Source: Fonticula alba ATCC 38817 (Eukaryota > Protista > Nucleariida). From it: DNA of 11,606 nucleotides. Position 1 is the first letter of the stretch. Every line of letters starts with the position of its first letter. The position numbers were made by a program, and so were the translations under genes. The DNA lies in NCBI GenBank assembly GCA_000388065.2, contig KB932217.1, one strand, 5' to 3'. The notes under the pieces are model-generated. The model saw only the letters and a program-made list of their open reading frames with translations. It did no database searches and was not told the origin of the DNA. This document shows positions 8,007 to 11,606 of the stretch, one piece after another.

Positions 8007-8662
8007 CGCCGCCCACAGAGCACCACCAGAGGCCAGCCCGCCATACGCGCCCTCCGGGCGATCCGTTGGTATATGCTGGCGCCGGCCCGATCGGGCGACG
8101 CAGGGGCGGGACACACTGTTCCGCCGCCCGGGGCAGCGATGGCCGGCCTGCATCCCTCGGCCGGGAACACACCATCCTTTCTGACGCCCCCCCCCCGCGC
8201 TCGTGCCCCCCTGCTCTCGCCGGCCTTTCCCGTCCCCCCTCCGCTGGTCTTCCTTGCGCTCATTCTCGGGCCTCCGGCCTTCGGCCCCAGCGCCTCCCTC
8301 CTGTCTCTCTCTCTGTCCCCCAGGGCAGCAGCAGCAGCAGCCGTGGACCCGGCACGCTCTGAGGCGGGTTTGTTTTTTTGGCCCCCCGGCAGGTGGCTCT
8401 CGTCCATTGCATCGGGCGTGCCCTTGTGGTTCGGGCTGCTGCGGCGGCCCCCCCCCCCCTCCCCCCCCCCCGGAGCTTGTCTCCCGGCGGGGAGGCCATC
8501 GATGTGCGCCGTATGTCACCGGGTCGGCCCGCACGCCGGCGATCGCTGCCACAGGATGGCCGCGCTGCCCCCCGGCGACGCGGACCGCTCCGCCCTCCGC
8601 CTCACACACACGCTCGACTCCACGGTGTCCGATGGGCGGCAAGTGGCCTCAAGATGCGTGCC

Positions 8663-11534
8663 TCATCTCGCCGGCGGCCCTTGCTGGCCCTTCCGCCCGG
8701 CGGGCGCTCGGGGTGCCGGTTCGAATGCACGAACGCCGGCCTCGCGCGCCATCTCCCCGGGGCCCGCGTAGAGGCCGAGGGGCGGGGGGGGGAGGGAGGA
8801 AAAAAAGGGAGGCGTGCGCAGGCCGGCCGGCTCCACGCCCGGACCCGGGCCTGGCGAGCCCCCCCCGCCCCCCTCCAGGCAGATGGGCGTGGCCCAGGAA
8901 GGGGTGCCGGGCGGCGGCGGGGTGTTGCCCCCTGCTACCAGGGAGCCACCCCGGCCGGGCGATTGCGATAGGTCCGCGCCGGGCTGCCGGGGGGAGTCCG
9001 CCGGCCGGAGGGCCAGCAGAAGGAGACCACCGTCGGGCCGGCAGTCGGCCGGCGGGCCGGCAGTCGGCCGGCGCCAGCTGGTCCATGGCGCCGACGAAGA
9101 CCCCCGACCGGAGGTCGCGGCCCTGGTCATCGGCCATGGCGACGACGCGCGCCCGGAGCCCGAGATGGATGTATTCCTGCGGCCGACACCGGCAGGCGCC
9201 CCGCGGCCGGCCGGGGGGAGGGGGGAGGGGGCGCCCCAGATGGGGTGGGTTAGAATGCGCCCGAGGGGGAAGGCCGCCGCCGGAGGCCGGGGCCATGAAG
9301 CACAGGGACACGTACGGCCGGCCGGTGAATGGGGATCCCCGACAGGTAGGCATGGAGCATGTGTCGGAGGCGGAATTCCAGGAAGCTGGCCTGGCAGTGG
9401 GTGATGGCGGGGTCCACCTCGGTGAGGGCCAGCTCCAGGTGGCGGATGGCCGGGGGCCCGGTGCGGCGGCCTGGCCCCCCGGCCCGGGGGACCATGCGCC
9501 GGACATGGCCGTGCGTGGGGCTCAGGCACACGGCGTCCGGCGACATGAGGGCGACCCCCTGCCGGGGGGTGCCCGCCGGGGCGAGGTCCCCCCCCGGCTT
9601 CCGGGCATTCCGGAGCTGGGAGGCCCGGTGCGCGGCCCGGGTGCACAGCAGCACGGCGCTCGGCCGGTCGAGGACCGACCGCTGGCTCGGCCCGCAGCGC
9701 CGGCGCCCCGGGGCACAGCGCCGGATGAATGCCCGGCCGCCGCACAGGGCGGCATGCTGGGGGGGCGGGGGCGGAGGGCGGAGGGCGGAGGGCGGAGGGC
9801 GGAGGGCGGAGGGCGCAGGGCTTGCGCACGCACTCCAACGCCACATTGACGCCCTGCAGGTGGGCCGGCAGGGGCGCGAAGGTGGCCGGCCAGTGGCGCC
9901 GGCCGGAGGAAGACCCCGGCCCCCAGCGGGAGCGGCGCCGCTGGGCCGGCCGCGGCCGGGTCGTCCGGCAAGTGGGCCTTTTCGAGCAGGGCCCGGCGCA
10001 CGGGCCCCGGGACCAGCATCTGCAGGGGGCTCCCTCGCCCGGGGGCGGGGCCGAGCAAGAGCCGCAGGAAGAAGTGCCGCCCGGCCGGCCCGGCCCCGGC
10101 GTCGATCCACACGATGTCCGGGTGCCCGGCCATTTGGCTGCCCTCGAAGTAGAAGAAGACCCGGCTTCGGCGGGGGTGCAGGCGGCCGACCTCGAGCGGC
10201 CGGCCGGCTCGGCCGACCAGCAGCGCCCCGGTGGCCGGGATGCCGGCCGCGCGGCAAAGCTCCGCCACCTTTGCCCGTGCCGTCCCCCCCCCCCGTCATG
10301 CCCGATTCGCGGGCCCGTCGCGATGTACCGCCGGGCCGCGCGCGCGCGCGCGCGTGCGTGTGTCTGTGTGCCCTCGGCACGGGCCCGCCCAGCCGGGTCG
10401 AGGGGGGTACCTTTGGCCGGGCCAGCGGGGCCTGCTTCCGCAGGGCCCGGTGCACCAGGCGGACCATGTCCACGTAGGCGCCGGGCCCCGGGGCATCGAG
10501 CATGATGCACAGCACGTCGATCCTGCGTGCGACGGCCGGCCAGCCAGCCGCATGGTTAGAGGACGATTGCCGACGAGCGGCCGGAGGGGGGGGGGCCCGG
10601 GCGTACACTATGCCGGCCATGGGCCGAGGCCCGGGAGGAAGGCGGAGGAGCTGCAGGCCCGGCACGGCGCCGGTGCCCAGGGCCCGGGCGAGGTCGTCCC
10701 CGGCGGGGGGCGGTGTCTGCTTTGTATTTTTTTTTTGCCGCCCCGGCAGGCCGGGCGCAAGTGCATGTGTGTGTGTGGCGGATGTCAGCCGGCCGGAAGC
10801 CCTGCGGCGGCGGGGCAGGGGGGGTGCGGGGCCATATGTCAGGCAGGGCGCAGGCTGGCCCGGCGGTCGCACCCTGTCGGCCCGGGGGGCCTCTTCCAGG
10901 GTGAGGGGCGTGACCATGCCCGGGGCAGGCCCGGCCCCGGGGGCGGGCCGCCAGATGAGCAGGCGCCGCAGGCCGGCGGGCTCCAGGGCCGCGGCGCCGG
11001 GCCCGGGTGCCGGTCGCACAGGGGCATCAGCGAGAATTCCGGCTCCTCGAAGTGGGTCCAGCAGTCCCGGGACACGGAGGTCCGGGCAAACCGCACGGCC
11101 GGGCACTGGTCGCACACATGCATGCAGTCCGGTCCCGGGATGCTGTCCGACCGAAACGCACCCGGGCAGGCCCCACGCGTCAGTACATGGCCCGGGGCCG
11201 GGGCGGGCCAGGCGGGAGGGGGGTCGGGCGCACGCACGTCAGGCGGATGGCCCGGCCCGGCCGGGCCGGGTCCAGCAGCGGCCACTGCCGGGCCTCTTGC
11301 GGGTCGGCCAGCGGGGCAAGCAGCCGCAGGGTGTCCGCCCGGGCGAAGGCCTCGGCATGGGGCCCGGCCTCGAAGGCCACCCCCAGCGGGACCACCCGGC
11401 TCGGGGTCCAGCTGCACGTGCGTGAAGCCCGGCTCGAAGTGCCCGGCCGTGGTCCGGGCATGGTCATCGGCCAGCAGGAGCGACACGTGGAAGTGCGCGC
11501 GGCCGCCGGTGGCGGGGTCGGCGATGAGGCCGCG
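8663..11534 (-). pseudogene. Multi-exon gene of unknown function, 5'-truncated by the window, with four apparent frameshifts
   Basis: Inferred exons: 11534-11238, 11142-10873, 10716-10607, 10522-10411, 10268-9834 (or 9830), 9756-9316 and 9176-~8663. Donors are GTGCGT, GTGCGA, GTACGC, GTACCC and GTACGT. CTGAC/CTAAC-like branch sites lie at 11570-11564, 11185-11179, 10561-10555 and 9255-9249. Exon phases match when the GC3-rich frame is followed. That frame shifts near 11420, 11000, 9900 and 9050. The 3' end is uncertain and another intron is possible. Confidence 0.7.
9771..9819 (+). repeat. Intronic heptamer tandem repeat (GCGGAGG)6 plus one imperfect unit
   Basis: Six perfect units at 9771-9812 and GCGCAGG at 9813-9819, filling most of the 9833-9757 intron. 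Confidence 0.9.
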
Positions 11535-11606
11535 CTGGAAAGGAGGGAGGGGGGGCGGCGAGTGTCAGTGGTGGGGGGGGGGGGGGGGGGGGGGGCGGTG
11601 GCGCGG

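Noticed and set aside
7793-8771. Several overlapping ORFs between the tRNA and the minus-strand gene
   Set aside because: They cross simple repeats and G/C runs with no consistent codon bias or recognisable motif. A small terminal exon near 8480-8640 cannot be excluded.
8203-11425. Long plus-strand ORFs 8203..9849, 9359..10477 and 10502..11425
   Set aside because: Splice signals and exon phases all point to the minus strand. These ORFs are antisense shadows.

Overview
This window is high-GC eukaryotic nuclear DNA. It has spliceosomal introns with GTRCGY donors, CTRAC branch sites and YAG acceptors, plus poly-G/poly-C tracts, (CA)n microsatellites and one 61-N gap. The composition is reminiscent of protist genomes such as Fonticula alba, which is an unverified impression. 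Contents in order: (1) the last exon of a GPI-anchored surface protein built from two copies of an 8-Cys module; (2) a tandem pair of apparently intronless paralogs (1472-3586 and 4026-6095), each encoding about 9 tandem helix-turn-helix-like modules behind an Arg-rich, acid-free N-terminus resembling a mitochondrial presequence; (3) a possible exon spanning the gap; (4) tRNA-Lys(CUU) on the minus strand; (5) a multi-exon minus-strand gene of unknown function with intact splice signals but four apparent frameshifts, one clearly and two possibly caused by short tandem duplications. The paralogs are strongly diverged except for a ~99% identical 324-bp tract, and paralog A carries an in-frame TAG. 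The best candidate for an undescribed system is the putatively mitochondrial multi-HTH array pair with module exchange.
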